DNA of 64,000 nucleotides from positions 62,001 to 126,000 of the forward strand of contig JBODTK010000143.1 of the NCBI GenBank assembly GCA_050613775.1, in the 5' to 3' direction. This DNA is from Neocallimastix sp. 'constans' (Eukaryota). Positions 26,664 through 39,419 of this stretch are shown here, one piece after another. Numbering within the stretch: position 1 is the stretch's first letter; every line of letters begins with the position of its first letter. A model generated the notes under the pieces. It was given only the letters and a program-made list of their open reading frames with translations, searched no databases and was not told where the DNA came from. The position numbers were made by a program, and so were the translations under genes.

Positions 26664-28639
26664 CTATTTATTTGTATAATTAGAGGGTGGAGGATAAGCA
26701 ATAACTGGTTGTGGTACAAAACCAACAGGTGGAACAAGATTTGGATTATAATTATTATTTTGAGTTTGAGGTGATGGACCATAATAATTATTATTTAATG
26801 GTGGACTATTTGGAGTTGGGTAATAATTATTATTATTATTATTATTATTTAATGATGGACTATTTGGAGCTGGATAATAATAATTATTATTATTATTATT
26901 AATATTAAGATTATTATTATTATTATTTAATGATGGACTATTTGAAGTTGGATAATAATTATTATTTGGTGATATGGGTGAAGGTGAAGGTGAATTAGAA
27001 GTACTTGATTCATATGGTGTTAAAACACTATCATATGGTGTAGTAATATCAACAAAACCATTTGCTGGACCAGCAAACATTGAATTATTTTTATAGGTGG
27101 ATGGATTTGGTGGTGGAATATAGTTTTGTTTATTGTTTTCTTGCTGTGATGGATTATTGGATGATTTGTAATCATTTGGTGGTGGTGATACTGGCGTTGG
27201 TGAAGCCGGAGTTGGTGAAGCGGCACTAGAATTGTATGGCGTTAAAGCATTATCATACGGAGTAGTAATATCAACAAATCCATTAGCTGGACCATTGATC
27301 ATAGAAGTATCAGTAATATCAACTGTTTGTACTGTACCAAGATTGGCATTGATATTAACGTTGATATTGGTAGTTTGAACTGTGCCTTCACCACCATTTC
27401 CATTATTATTTTTATTTTTATTTCCATTTTCATCATCATCATCCTCCTCTTCGTCAACAGAATATTCACTACTCTTTCTACAACATTTACAGCATTTACT
27501 TATGATAATACACATAATAATGGCCAAGACTATTGCAGCAACTATAATACCTATAGTTTTGTATTTATTGTTGGAATCAATTAAACGTTTTGGTTCATAT
27601 TGACTTTCATCTGAAGGATTTGGATTACCATTTACTTTATTTGTTTTTTGAACCTCTTCCTTTGTACAGTCACTGAGGGACGACTTACATTTAGAACTTT
27701 TTAAACTACATAAATCAGTAATTCCATAATCACAAGTAGCCACTTTTGGTAATAAAGGAACATAACCATTTAATTTTGTATTTCCGTTAACATTACTTTA
27801 TATATTAATGTTTATAATATTTTGATAAATTGTTTAAATTTTTTTTTTTTAAAAAAAAAAAATTAAATTATATTAATATTTATAAATTTTAGGTATAAAG
27901 TTTATATATAAATATATATATATATATTTTTTTTTTGAATAAATAATATTAATATTTATAATGTTCAAGTATACAATTTAAAATTTTTTTTGAAGATAAT
28001 ATTATAATAATAATAATAATTACGTTATATATATATATATTGATTATAATTATATATTAATAACAATTAAAAGATTAAAACCATATTTAAAATCAATCAT
28101 TATTTATATTTTTATTGAACAAATAACTTACAATTCCTCAAGATTTTTTAAATTTTTAAATTCATAAGGAATAGTACCTTCGAAAGTATTTTCTTGTAAA
28201 TTTCTAATTAAAAAAAAAAATTTTTTTGATAGAACAAAAGATATATATATTATAAAACTTTAATAATAAAATTTCATTATTTAAAAGTATATATATATAT
28301 GTATAATATAAATAATTATACATACAAAACTTTTAAGTTTTCTAAATTGCCAATGGATTTTGGAATTTTACCATTAAAACTATTATTACTCAATTCTCTT
28401 TATAAATTAAAATATTATTATAATAAAATTTATTGATATTGTTAAAATTATAAAATTAATATAAAAAAAATAATAGTTACATTTATTTTGATAACTTACA
28501 ATCTTTCTAAATTTTTTAAATTTCCAATTTCTTCAGGTAATGGAGTTCCTAAAAAATCAATATAATTGTCTTTAATAATTCTACACATATATGAAACAAT
28601 ATAAGAATATATATATATATTTATAATATTTATTATTAA

Positions 28640-28675
<36 letters not shown>

Positions 28676-29418
28676 AATAATATATATTATAAAATTAGTA
28701 AATAAGATAATTTAAAAATTATTTATTTGTATAAACTTACAAAGTTTTTAAATTTTTTATATTTCCAATTTTACTTGTAAGGGAATCATCAGTAGCTGTA
28801 ATTACATTTGTTAATTCTCTATTGTTAATATTTGTATAAAAATTAAATCAATTATTGATTATTAAATTGATTGAGTATTTATTAATCATATAAGAAATAT
28901 ATATATGTTATATTTACAATGAAGTCAAAAATGGTAAATTTCCTAATTCCCCTATTACACTATTAATATCAGCTGAATAATCTTTATAATTTTTAAATTG
29001 ACTATTAGTAGTTGGGAGGGGAAAAAAAATAAAATAAAGATGAAAATGAGTAATATAGAAATTCATTAATTGAATATATAATAAAAAAAAAAAAATAATA
29101 ATAATAATAAAGAAAAATAATTATCAGTTTCAACTATTTCTATTTTAAACTATATATACATATAAACATATTATTGTATATAAATATATTTATTTATTTA
29201 AAATTTTACATTTCGGTTATATGTTGTTGATTATCACAAATAACTCCTTTAAATTGACAACAATTAACATAATTGCTATATTCTTGTTTCATATTATTAC
29301 CCATATATTGCATTACATTGTTAAAAATTGGACAATCATTTGCTATCACATTAGGAATATTTATTCCTAAAAATAAAAAAGATGTCAGAGTTAATTGCAG
29401 ACAATGTTTTAAAGTCAT
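26664..29418 (-). CDS. LRR receptor-like single-pass membrane protein B (paralogue of A), 7 exons, ~575 aa
   Basis: Exons 29418-29210, 29001-28918, 28818-28741, 28580-28500, 28397-28326, 28203-28132 and 27795-26664 are GT-AG, all phase 2, and total 1728 nt in frame. Encodes a signal peptide, NDC..NCCQFKGVICD cap, LRRs (LELSNNSFNGKIPKSIGNLENLKV), GYVPLLPKVATCDYGITDLC cap, TM (IGIIVAAIVLAIIMCIII), KCCKCCRK, an acidic patch and a Pro/Asn/Tyr-rich tail. Confidence 0.9.
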
Positions 29419-29714
29419 TTTGGATTATTAATTTAACTTAGTCTTTATTATATTTTATTTTATTTTATTTTATTTTATTCTTTTTTTTTTTTCTTTTTTT
29501 TTCTTTTTTTTTTTTAAAAAAAAAAAAAGAAAATAACTTAAATATTTATTACTATTAAAAAAATAATAATCCTTATATTTTAATATGTTGATTTATAATA
29601 ATATGTTTTTTTCATGAAAAGATAAGAAATTTATTATTATTAATTATTATTAATTTTTTTTTTTTTTTCTTTATCTTTTTATTATTATATTTTTATTTAT
29701 TTGATTAAAAATTT

Positions 29715-29763
<49 letters not shown>

Positions 29764-31653
29764 AAAATTATTTTTTGGAAAAAAAAAAAAAAAATTTTTT
29801 TTTTTATTAATATAAAAAATTAAAAATAATATTAATAATAAAGCTTAATAATTATTAAATTTTTCAATTCTTCAATTTATTCATTTATCAATATTTAACA
29901 TAAATTAATTTTTTTTTTTTTTTAAAAAATTTTATTATTAATTAATCCTATAAAAGAAATTATTTATTTATTTATTTATTTATTAATTTATTAATTTTTT
30001 TATTTATTTAGTCAATTATTATCTATTAATTTATTTATTAATTTATTTATATATTTATTAATATATTTATTAATTTATTTATTATCTATTTATTTATTTA
30101 TTTATTAATTTATATATTTATTAATATATTAATTATCTATTTATTTATCTATTTATTTATTACTTATTTATTTATTTTATTGTTAATTAATAATGATATT
30201 ATATTCTCCATATATTATATAATATATTGCAATATAATTCAAATTAATATATATTAATTAATAATACTATAAAAATAATTGCACCATTTTTTTTTCCTTA
30301 TGAAAAGTTATATTATAATTATTATTCATCGATCATTTAAAAATAATATATAGTTAATATATAATATAATAGTAATGATTAATATATTATTTTATATTGT
30401 ATTAATTACCAACAATGACTCTATTTAATTTCTGTGTAACAATAATGCTATAAAAGTTTTTATTTAATTAAATTTAGGTTTGCACGGGTTAAATGAAAAT
30501 TTAATAAAATAAAAAAAAGAAAAAAGGAAAAAAAAAGGAAAAAGAAAATAAAAATAAAAAAAATAAAAAAAGTGTTACAGTAAACGAAATTTGTTTTCTT
30601 TCTCTTTTTTTTTTTTTTTTAATTATTGGGTTGAAGTATCAACGATAGAAATAATAAAAAAAAATATTATTTTAATTGTTAAATATTTTTTTTCTTAATT
30701 TACTGAACTATGTAATTATTTTCCTTAAATAAATTTATTATTATATGAAACAATAAAAGAAAAAAAAAAAGTTTTTTTAAACTGTTCATACATATATTTT
30801 TTTATCTTTACAACTTATATAAATATATATATATTTATTTATGTTTTTTTTTAACTGTTATATTTTTTTTCCTTATTTCTTAATAGATAATAAAACTAAT
30901 AATTAATTTACTATATAATAAATATTGATTAAACTTAAAATATTGATTTTAAAATTCATTTAGAATAGCCTAATATACACTAATTTATTTATTCTTTACT
31001 TTTAAAAAATAATTGTATAACTATCTTTGTATACTACATTCCAGCATAAAAAATTTTATTGTTAGCTCATTCATTAATTATAAATTAACATTTTGTTTTT
31101 ATATCACTGAAGATATGTACATATTATATTGATAATAAATAATTATTTTTTCCTTTACAGTAGTAAATATACTTGTAATTCTTATTACCTATATTTATAT
31201 ATATAATTTTTTTTAAATAAGAATCTATACTTATTATAATAAAAAAAATTCATTTATATTTAGTTTTATAGGAATAATATTGAAGCATTTATACTATATC
31301 CTATATTTATTATTAATAGTTAGGTTTTATATACTTTTTTTTTTTACCAGTTTATTATATTATCGTAAATATTTACAATTTTTTTTTTTTAATCAATATA
31401 TAATAAATAATAATTATTTATAATTATAATAATAATATAATAATAATAAAACATAACAGTTTTTCATAAAATAAAGTAATTTTTGTTATATTTATAAATT
31501 TCTCAAAGAATTAAAATATTAAATCAATCGAACGAATTATAAATAACAATATAATAATTTAAGAATTAACTTAAATTAATAAAATCAATATTCATAATTC
31601 TAATAATAGTAAATTATTAATATTATTATTAATATTGATGTTATTAATTTATG

Positions 31654-31686
<33 letters not shown>

Positions 31687-32508
31687 ATACATTCTTCATT
31701 AAATACATTTGAAACAATTGGAAAAATATACAAATAAAAATTTTTATAATGTTTGAATTAAATTATAATATATATCGAAGAAAATATTCCAAGCTTATAA
31801 GAATATTATTTACATATAGTGTAATCCATGATAATAAAATTAGTTATTAAATATTATTATAGATATCTTAATGAATTTCAACTTATTTTATATTTTGTTA
31901 AGTATCGATTATATTATATTTGAAGGTTACATTTAAAAAATTTTTTTTCTTCATTCTTTATAAGGAAAAATAAAAAAAAGTCAAAAAGTTGATTGCTTGT
32001 GGCAAATCTTTTCCAAAAAAAAAAAAAAAAAAATAAAAAATAAAATAAAAAAAAAATAATTATTATTTAGATAGTATAAATATATTAGAAACCTTGTTTA
32101 AGTATATAATTAAATATATGCAAATTAAAAAAAAAAAAAAAAAAAGATATATATATCAAAGAAAATGATTATGGTTAAATATAGTATATATGGAATATTA
32201 TTGAATAATACTATATGAAATAGTATTTTTATTATATAATATTATTTTAAATTTTATTAAATATAATTAAATTTTATTAATTTAAAAAATTTTTTTTAAT
32301 TTTTATTGTAGTGTTAAAAACTGGAATAAAAGAAATAAAAATTATTCTATAAACTTTATATAGAGTTGAGGTGTATTTTAAAATTTGAAAAACAATATAA
32401 TTAAATTAATATAAATATAAAATTTGTTATAATAGAGTTTACATTTTTTTATTTTTAATTTTTTTTTACCATTCTAAAAAGTAAATTTAGTAGTAGTAAA
32501 AAAAAAAA

Positions 32509-32539
<31 letters not shown>

Positions 32540-32697
32540 AAAATAAAAACTTGAATAAGAATAAATAATAAATAAATAAACTTAAAAAATTGATATAATA
32601 AATAAGAATTAAAATAATTCAATCTACTATTATATATATAATATATAATATTTTTATGTTTTAATTATTACAAAGAAATATTATTTTAAAGTAAATA

Positions 32698-35600
32698 ATG
32701 AATAAAAGAACATTAAACGAAATAAGAAAAGATTTAAGAAATGCAATAAAAACTAGCAATATATTCGAATTTAAACGCTTACTTCAAGAATTTAAAAATT
32801 CAGTAAGCGATTTTAAACAGTTGAAGATGGATTTATTAAAATTATCTCTAATATATAATTCCTCCATTGAAATGATAGAAACTGTTCTAATCAATGATAG
32901 GTATGAAACGCTGAATTATATATTTGAAATTAATGATAAAAAAAAATTACCACTTTCATATTCCCTCGAAAATAATAATTTAAAAGTTTCAGATCTTTTA
33001 ATAAGATATGGTGCTGATATTAATAGTATACCTTATTCAACTTTAGTTTCTATACTTTCTTCGAAAAATTTGAAATATATCATAAATAAAGGTTTAATTA
33101 TATCACCTCTTTTTTTACGTCAATTAATAAAGAAAAAATTTAATTTCTTTTTAAGGAATATTTTTAAATATAGTATTTTCAATAATACTTTTATCTTAAA
33201 ATTGCTTTTATTTTATAAAGAAGGAAAATCTTTATCAAATGATGAATTAAAAAGTATAATAAATAAAGAGAAAGGTAAAATAATTTTTGATAAATCTTTA
33301 TATGATGTAGCATTTAACATTAATAATTATGAATCATTAGATATTCTCTATGAAAATGACTATAATGAAAAGTCAGTAGTTTTAAATAATATATTTAATA
33401 CTCTTGATTCATTTGACGAGAAAGAATCAATTAAAATTTTAAATAAAATTCATAATGATGAATTAAAATTTAAGTTAAATGAATTGTTAGTAAATAAACA
33501 AAAAATATATAAATTAATTGAACAAGGAAAAATTGTTGAACTCAAAGAATTTATAATAGAAAGAAAAATATATCTATATGATTTCAACAATAAATTTGAT
33601 GAAAATAAAGATATATTAAAAATTACACTCTCAAGTGAGAATGCAACAGTTGAAATGACAGATTTCATAATAGACCAATGCTTTTACTATGATTTAAATT
33701 ATATTGTATCTGTCAACAATAATTCAATACCAATATTATTTATTCCAATTTTTAATAATCGTTTAGATTTATTTGATTTTTTAATAAAAAATGGTGCTGA
33801 TATTAATTTTGAAAATTTTTTAATTAATATATTTCATCGTTATTCCGATAATCCAAAGTATATAAAACATATTTTAAGTAGTGATATCGTAATTAACAAA
33901 GAAACAATTATTGCCCTTTTTTCAACGAAAGAAATAAAATTTTTAAAATTATTTCTAAAGTATTACGTATTTAATAACTCCGTTATTTTAAAATTTCTTT
34001 GTATTTATAGGAACAAAACATCATTATCTTATTCTAATTTAAAAAATATGATTACTGTTGAAAACAATAAAATAGGTTCAATAATAAGTTCTTTATATAA
34101 AATATTATTAGAAAATCATAATTATGAGGCAATAAACATCCTATGTGATTACGATTTTAGAGATAAAAATATTATTAATTGCGATTTCTACCAATTATTA
34201 AATAGTAATGAAAATAAATATAGTTGTATAGATGAAATTCAAAATGGATATTTGAGAATACCTGTTGATGAATATTTTTTAAATAATTTAAAGTATGATA
34301 CAGAAAGAAAAAATGAAATAAAAAAATTAATAAAAGATAATGATTTTAATGGTTTAAAAATTTTTTCTACAATGAATAATTTTTTATTACCATATTATAG
34401 TAATAGAACTTTTGATCCATTAGTTTATGCCGTAGAAAATAATGCGTCATATGAAATGATAAAGTTTATCATTCATCAGTATCCATCTTTAAACTATATT
34501 GTTAAAGATCATGCAATTAATGAAAATAACTCAATTAATAGTAATGGTAGTAATAATGATAATGGTAATAACGGTAATGAAGATGTAAATATTACTGAAG
34601 CAAATGGAAACCATAATGGACGACAATATAGTTTTATTTCTCCATTATTTATAGCGATCGCTAATATGAAATTTGATATTGCCAAATTATTCTTAGAATA
34701 TGGTGCGAATATAAATTATAGTATTAATTCTATTGATATTGCTCATTTATTATCATTAAAAAATCGTATAAGTCATAGAAATTTAAACTTTTTATTAGAA
34801 AATAATTATAGAATTTCTTATAAATTTTTAGCTACATTAATAGAAAATAAAAGGAATAATTTATTAAGAATAATTTTCAAGTATTTTATTTTTAATAACG
34901 AATTCATTTTAAAATTATTAACATTATCAAAGAATAAAATTTCGGTATCACAGCAACAATTAATTGATTTAATTAACGAAGAAATTCATCAAATTGGAAT
35001 TGGATTTTTTTGGTTTAAGGAAGCTATTATATATAATAATGATGAAGCAATAAAAATGTTTATAAATCAGTGTAAGAATGCAAGACGAGAATTTATGCCT
35101 TTTGAAGCAAATGAATTACTATTAAATAGTATGCTATTTGAAAATTATTGCTTCATCGACAATTTTTTTAAAACAAATCTTTTTGATTTAAAGAAAATTG
35201 ATTTAAAATATATGATAGATGCAATAGATGGTCATTTTAATGGTATGAATGATGATGATGATGATGATGATAATGATGATGATGATATTGATGATGATGA
35301 TGATGATAATGATGATGATTATATTGATGATGATGATGATGATAATGATGATATTGATGATGATGATGATATTGATGATAATGATGATATTGATGATGAT
35401 GATGATATTGATGATGATGATGATATTGATGATGATGATGATATTAATGATGATGATGATATTGATGATAATGATGATGATGATGATGATGATGACGATG
35501 ATGATGATGATGACGATGATGATGATGATAATGACGATGATAATGATGACGATGATGATGATGACGATGATAATGATGACGATGATGATGATGACGATGA

Positions 35601-36621
35601 TAATGATGACGATGATGATGATGATGACGATGATGATGATGATGATGATGATGAGGAATTTATTATTAATAAATTCAAACCTGATATGTTAAAATTTTTT
35701 ATTGAAAAATATACCAATTATAAATTATTTAGTTTTAACCAATATAATTTTGAAGATATTTTAAATTTCATATTTAAAATTGATGATATTTCAATTGTTA
35801 AAGATTTAATTAGACAATGTTTGAAACATCCAACATTTAGTTTTGAATATATAAAATTTGAAAAAGTATTAAATATATTAGTAAATAAAGTGGCTGATAT
35901 ATCTACATTAAAATGGATAATTGATGAATTATTTAAACATCCAACTTTTGATTTTAAAAGATTTAATTACGAAGATTCATTAATTATTATTAATTATCTT
36001 CGTGATTCAGAATTATTAAAATATTACGTAGACAAATCTTTAAGCCATGAAAATTTTGATTTTGAAAATATTAGGATGGAAAAAATTTTATTTTTTAATG
36101 TTGTTGTAAACAATGATGAATCATTTTTAGAATATTATGTTACGAAATTAATTAATAGTCCAAGATTTAATATGAAATATGTCAATCTGGATGAAATTAT
36201 AAACACAATTTGTACTTCATCAGATCATAAAATTGACCTTTTAAATTTCATCAATGAATATTTCATTAGTCATTCTACTTTTGATTTTAATAAAGGGGTT
36301 AGTATTGAACCTCTATTAATATCTCTAAGTAGAATTGAAAATGAAAATGATGTTCAATATTTCACAGATAAAATAATCAATCATCCGACATTAGATATTA
36401 ACAATCCAAGCATCTTAGAAAAAATATTAATCATTTTATGTAAAATTAATAATAAATCCTTTTCTGAATTTATAATAAATAAAATTATTAATTCTGATAA
36501 ATTCAATCCTGAACAGCTTAAATGTAAAACCATTAATTATGATCGAATAATGTATTTTACAAAACTTCATAATAACACTCATATCCTAACCTTAATAAAT
36601 CAAATATTTAAAGAATTTTAA
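32698..36621 (+). CDS. Intronless ankyrin-repeat protein with Asp-rich tract and C-terminal ~38-aa repeats, 1307 aa
   Basis: Three modules each carry an ankyrin motif (LPLSYSLENNNLKVSDLLIRYGADIN; LFDFLIKNGADIN; SPLFIAIANMKFDIAKLFLEYGANIN) followed by KY.IFNN.FILKLL. C-terminal repeats are of the HPTFDF type. Confidence 0.88.
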   Translation: MNKRTLNEIRKDLRNAIKTSNIFEFKRLLQEFKNSVSDFKQLKMDLLKLSLIYNSSIEMIETVLINDRYETLNYIFEINDKKKLPLSYSLENNNLKVSDLLIRYGADINSIPYSTLVSILSSKNLKYIINKGLIISPLFLRQLIKKKFNFFLRNIFKYSIFNNTFILKLLLFYKEGKSLSNDELKSIINKEKGKIIFDKSLYDVAFNINNYESLDILYENDYNEKSVVLNNIFNTLDSFDEKESIKILNKIHNDELKFKLNELLVNKQKIYKLIEQGKIVELKEFIIERKIYLYDFNNKFDENKDILKITLSSENATVEMTDFIIDQCFYYDLNYIVSVNNNSIPILFIPIFNNRLDLFDFLIKNGADINFENFLINIFHRYSDNPKYIKHILSSDIVINKETIIALFSTKEIKFLKLFLKYYVFNNSVILKFLCIYRNKTSLSYSNLKNMITVENNKIGSIISSLYKILLENHNYEAINILCDYDFRDKNIINCDFYQLLNSNENKYSCIDEIQNGYLRIPVDEYFLNNLKYDTERKNEIKKLIKDNDFNGLKIFSTMNNFLLPYYSNRTFDPLVYAVENNASYEMIKFIIHQYPSLNYIVKDHAINENNSINSNGSNNDNGNNGNEDVNITEANGNHNGRQYSFISPLFIAIANMKFDIAKLFLEYGANINYSINSIDIAHLLSLKNRISHRNLNFLLENNYRISYKFLATLIENKRNNLLRIIFKYFIFNNEFILKLLTLSKNKISVSQQQLIDLINEEIHQIGIGFFWFKEAIIYNNDEAIKMFINQCKNARREFMPFEANELLLNSMLFENYCFIDNFFKTNLFDLKKIDLKYMIDAIDGHFNGMNDDDDDDDNDDDDIDDDDDDNDDDYIDDDDDDNDDIDDDDDIDDNDDIDDDDDIDDDDDIDDDDDINDDDDIDDNDDDDDDDDDDDDDDDDDDDNDDDNDDDDDDDDDNDDDDDDDDDNDDDDDDDDDDDDDDDDEEFIINKFKPDMLKFFIEKYTNYKLFSFNQYNFEDILNFIFKIDDISIVKDLIRQCLKHPTFSFEYIKFEKVLNILVNKVADISTLKWIIDELFKHPTFDFKRFNYEDSLIIINYLRDSELLKYYVDKSLSHENFDFENIRMEKILFFNVVVNNDESFLEYYVTKLINSPRFNMKYVNLDEIINTICTSSDHKIDLLNFINEYFISHSTFDFNKGVSIEPLLISLSRIENENDVQYFTDKIINHPTLDINNPSILEKILIILCKINNKSFSEFIINKIINSDKFNPEQLKCKTINYDRIMYFTKLHNNTHILTLINQIFKEF
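35251..35652 (+). repeat. Imperfect (GAT)n coding microsatellite, 134 codons mostly Asp
   Basis: Directly visible. Interrupted by AAT, ATT, GAC and TAT triplets; frame preserved. Confidence 0.95.
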
Positions 36622-36653
36622 AGAAAAATTAATAATAATAAATAATAAATAAA

Positions 36654-36698
<45 letters not shown>

Positions 36699-37834
36699 CA
36701 TATGTATTTATCAATATATATTTGAATAGAAAGTATTTAAATTTTCTAATAAATGTTATAATATATATATATATATAATTTTTTTTTTCACAAAAATATA
36801 TACTTTATCATATAATTATATATATATATATTATAAAAATGAAAATTAGTTATTTATTTTTATTTAATTTATTACATAAATATATATATATATATATAAA
36901 ATAATAAGAATAATTAAAAAAAAAAAAATAAAAATAAAATTAAAATTAAAAATTATTATATAAAAATATAATGTTTATATTAACAATAAAAACACTATTT
37001 GTTTAATTAATTAATACTATGTCCAGATTTTAAAATAAACGATAAAACAGCTATGATTTATATATAAATGATAGGGTTTTTTTAGCATATTACAAACCTA
37101 GCTAGTTGAATACATATTTAGCATATATTTAGCATATTTAATGTTGTAAGATGTTGTTGTTCAAACTAGCTAGGTTTTGCATAACTAACATATAATCATA
37201 TACATATATATAAATATATGCCTCATAAGCATATATCAACATATGCATGATCGTTCATATAGATATTAACATATGCATAATATGCAATATGCGATAAACC
37301 GAGTATATTGATATGTGTGCGATTTGGGCTGATTATATATACAAATGGATATAGTTGCATAGTTTGATGCATATGTTGATATTTTACGATTATTGTCGTT
37401 CATATATATATAAACGATTGTTGCTTTTCATATATGTATAAATGATGATTGTTAATATGCTGATTTTGAATGACTTTGATTCTAAAACTAGCTCAAATGT
37501 TCATCAACAAACAATGCTAATATTTTTAAAAAGTATTTGTATTTTATTTATATTAAGTATTACTAATAATAAAATATTAATACTTTTATGAAGAATTAAT
37601 TTTAATTTATTTATTTATTATTATTTTTTTTTATTAACAATTATAATAAATTAATTAATTATTATTTATTATTAATTAATAATTTTATTTATAAAATTAA
37701 AAGTTAAAATATTGTTATAAATATATATATATAAATTATAATTAATCTTAATAAGACATATTTCTTTGTTTATATTTATTATAAAAATTTTTTTTAGATT
37801 TAACAGTTAATAATTGAATTGTGTAATTTTATTT

Positions 37835-37876
<42 letters not shown>

Positions 37877-38325
37877 TTCCATTTTATATAAATACTTTAA
37901 ATATGCAATATATAATTGTATATAATAATTATATATTTATTTTAATTTCTTTCAGTTTATATTAAATATTATTTGTTAATAATTGTTAAATCCATAAATA
38001 ATTGTAGTCATTATTAAATTTTTATTTTTACTATTATTATATTAATTATGAAAAGGATGCTTTTTTTTTTTTTAAGGGATAATTTAGAGTATTGCGAGTA
38101 TTACTAAACTCATAACAAAACGTGGTTGGGATTTATTCCTTTATAGTTTTTCCCTTACATTAAATATTCTAGGCTTAATTGGAAATGGGCATACAGTGAT
38201 GTCAAGTCTAACTAACCGTTGGTTCTCACGTTGATCTTTTGGAGGATATTGTGTCGTTACCTCATCTCCGAGATGATTCAAAGATTTCATTGAGAAAGGA
38301 TGCTCAGCCTTAATTATTCCATTAA

Positions 38326-38379
<54 letters not shown>

Positions 38380-39419
38380 AAAAAAAATAAAAAATAAAAA
38401 ATAAAACCTCTCAAAATTAACCTTTTCCAAGGGATTTAGAACGAGTCAACGCTTAGATTGTAAGGCAATTAGAGTAAAAATAATATCTACTTCCGCACAT
38501 AAATAGGAAAAGTTTTTTTTTTTTTAGAGGTCTTATTGCCCTCTTTCTTTTTATTATTTCTTTGTTTTAGTAAAAAAATAAAAAATAAAAGATAAAAATT
38601 TATTTATTTATTTTTTATTTTTTATTTTTTTTTTTTTTTTAAATTCATTTTTATTTAATCTTAATATAATAATAAATATAGTGAAATAATGAACAAGAAA
38701 AGATTTTTTTTTTATATATATATCAATAATATGTCAATAAAAAATTAATATATCAAATCATATATATTGTATTAATTTTTATTAATATGAAATATAGAAA
38801 AAACTTAAAAAGTTAAACAAACAAAACAGACAAACAAACAAACAAACAAAAAAAAAAAAAAAATAAAAATATAAAAAGACAAATATTTTTAAAATATATT
38901 TTTTTTCAAATAATAATATCAATTCTTATATTTATTTATGAATAAAATTTAAATATTATTATGATTTTATGATTATTAAATTATCAATTAACTATTATAT
39001 TATTATTATTATTAATGAAAAAAAAATGAAATAATCTTTTAAAAAAGAGATAATAACTATTCTTTGTTCTTGTTAATATAGTAATTATTATATCATTTTA
39101 AGTAATAAAAGTTCTTTTATTATAAAAATTAAAGTTTAAGATTTATTTTATATTATTTATTTATTTATTTTATTTTATTTTATTTTTTTATTTATTTTAA
39201 TTTTTTATATTATTAATATTTATAATACAAAAAAGAAAAAAAAATTATTTTTTTATAAGAAAAAAGTTATTAAATATAAATAATACTTATTAAAAAGATT
39301 AATAAAAATTATTATCATTTTTTAATATGTAATGATATAAAAAAAAAAAAAAAAAATTTTTATTTTTCTTTTTATCATTCAAACTATTAGTACTCTATAT
39401 ATTTATTTTTTATATTAAT

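Noticed and set aside
35249..35717. Poly-Met and poly-Ser ORFs
   Set aside because: Alternative frames of the (GAT)n tract within the ankyrin gene.
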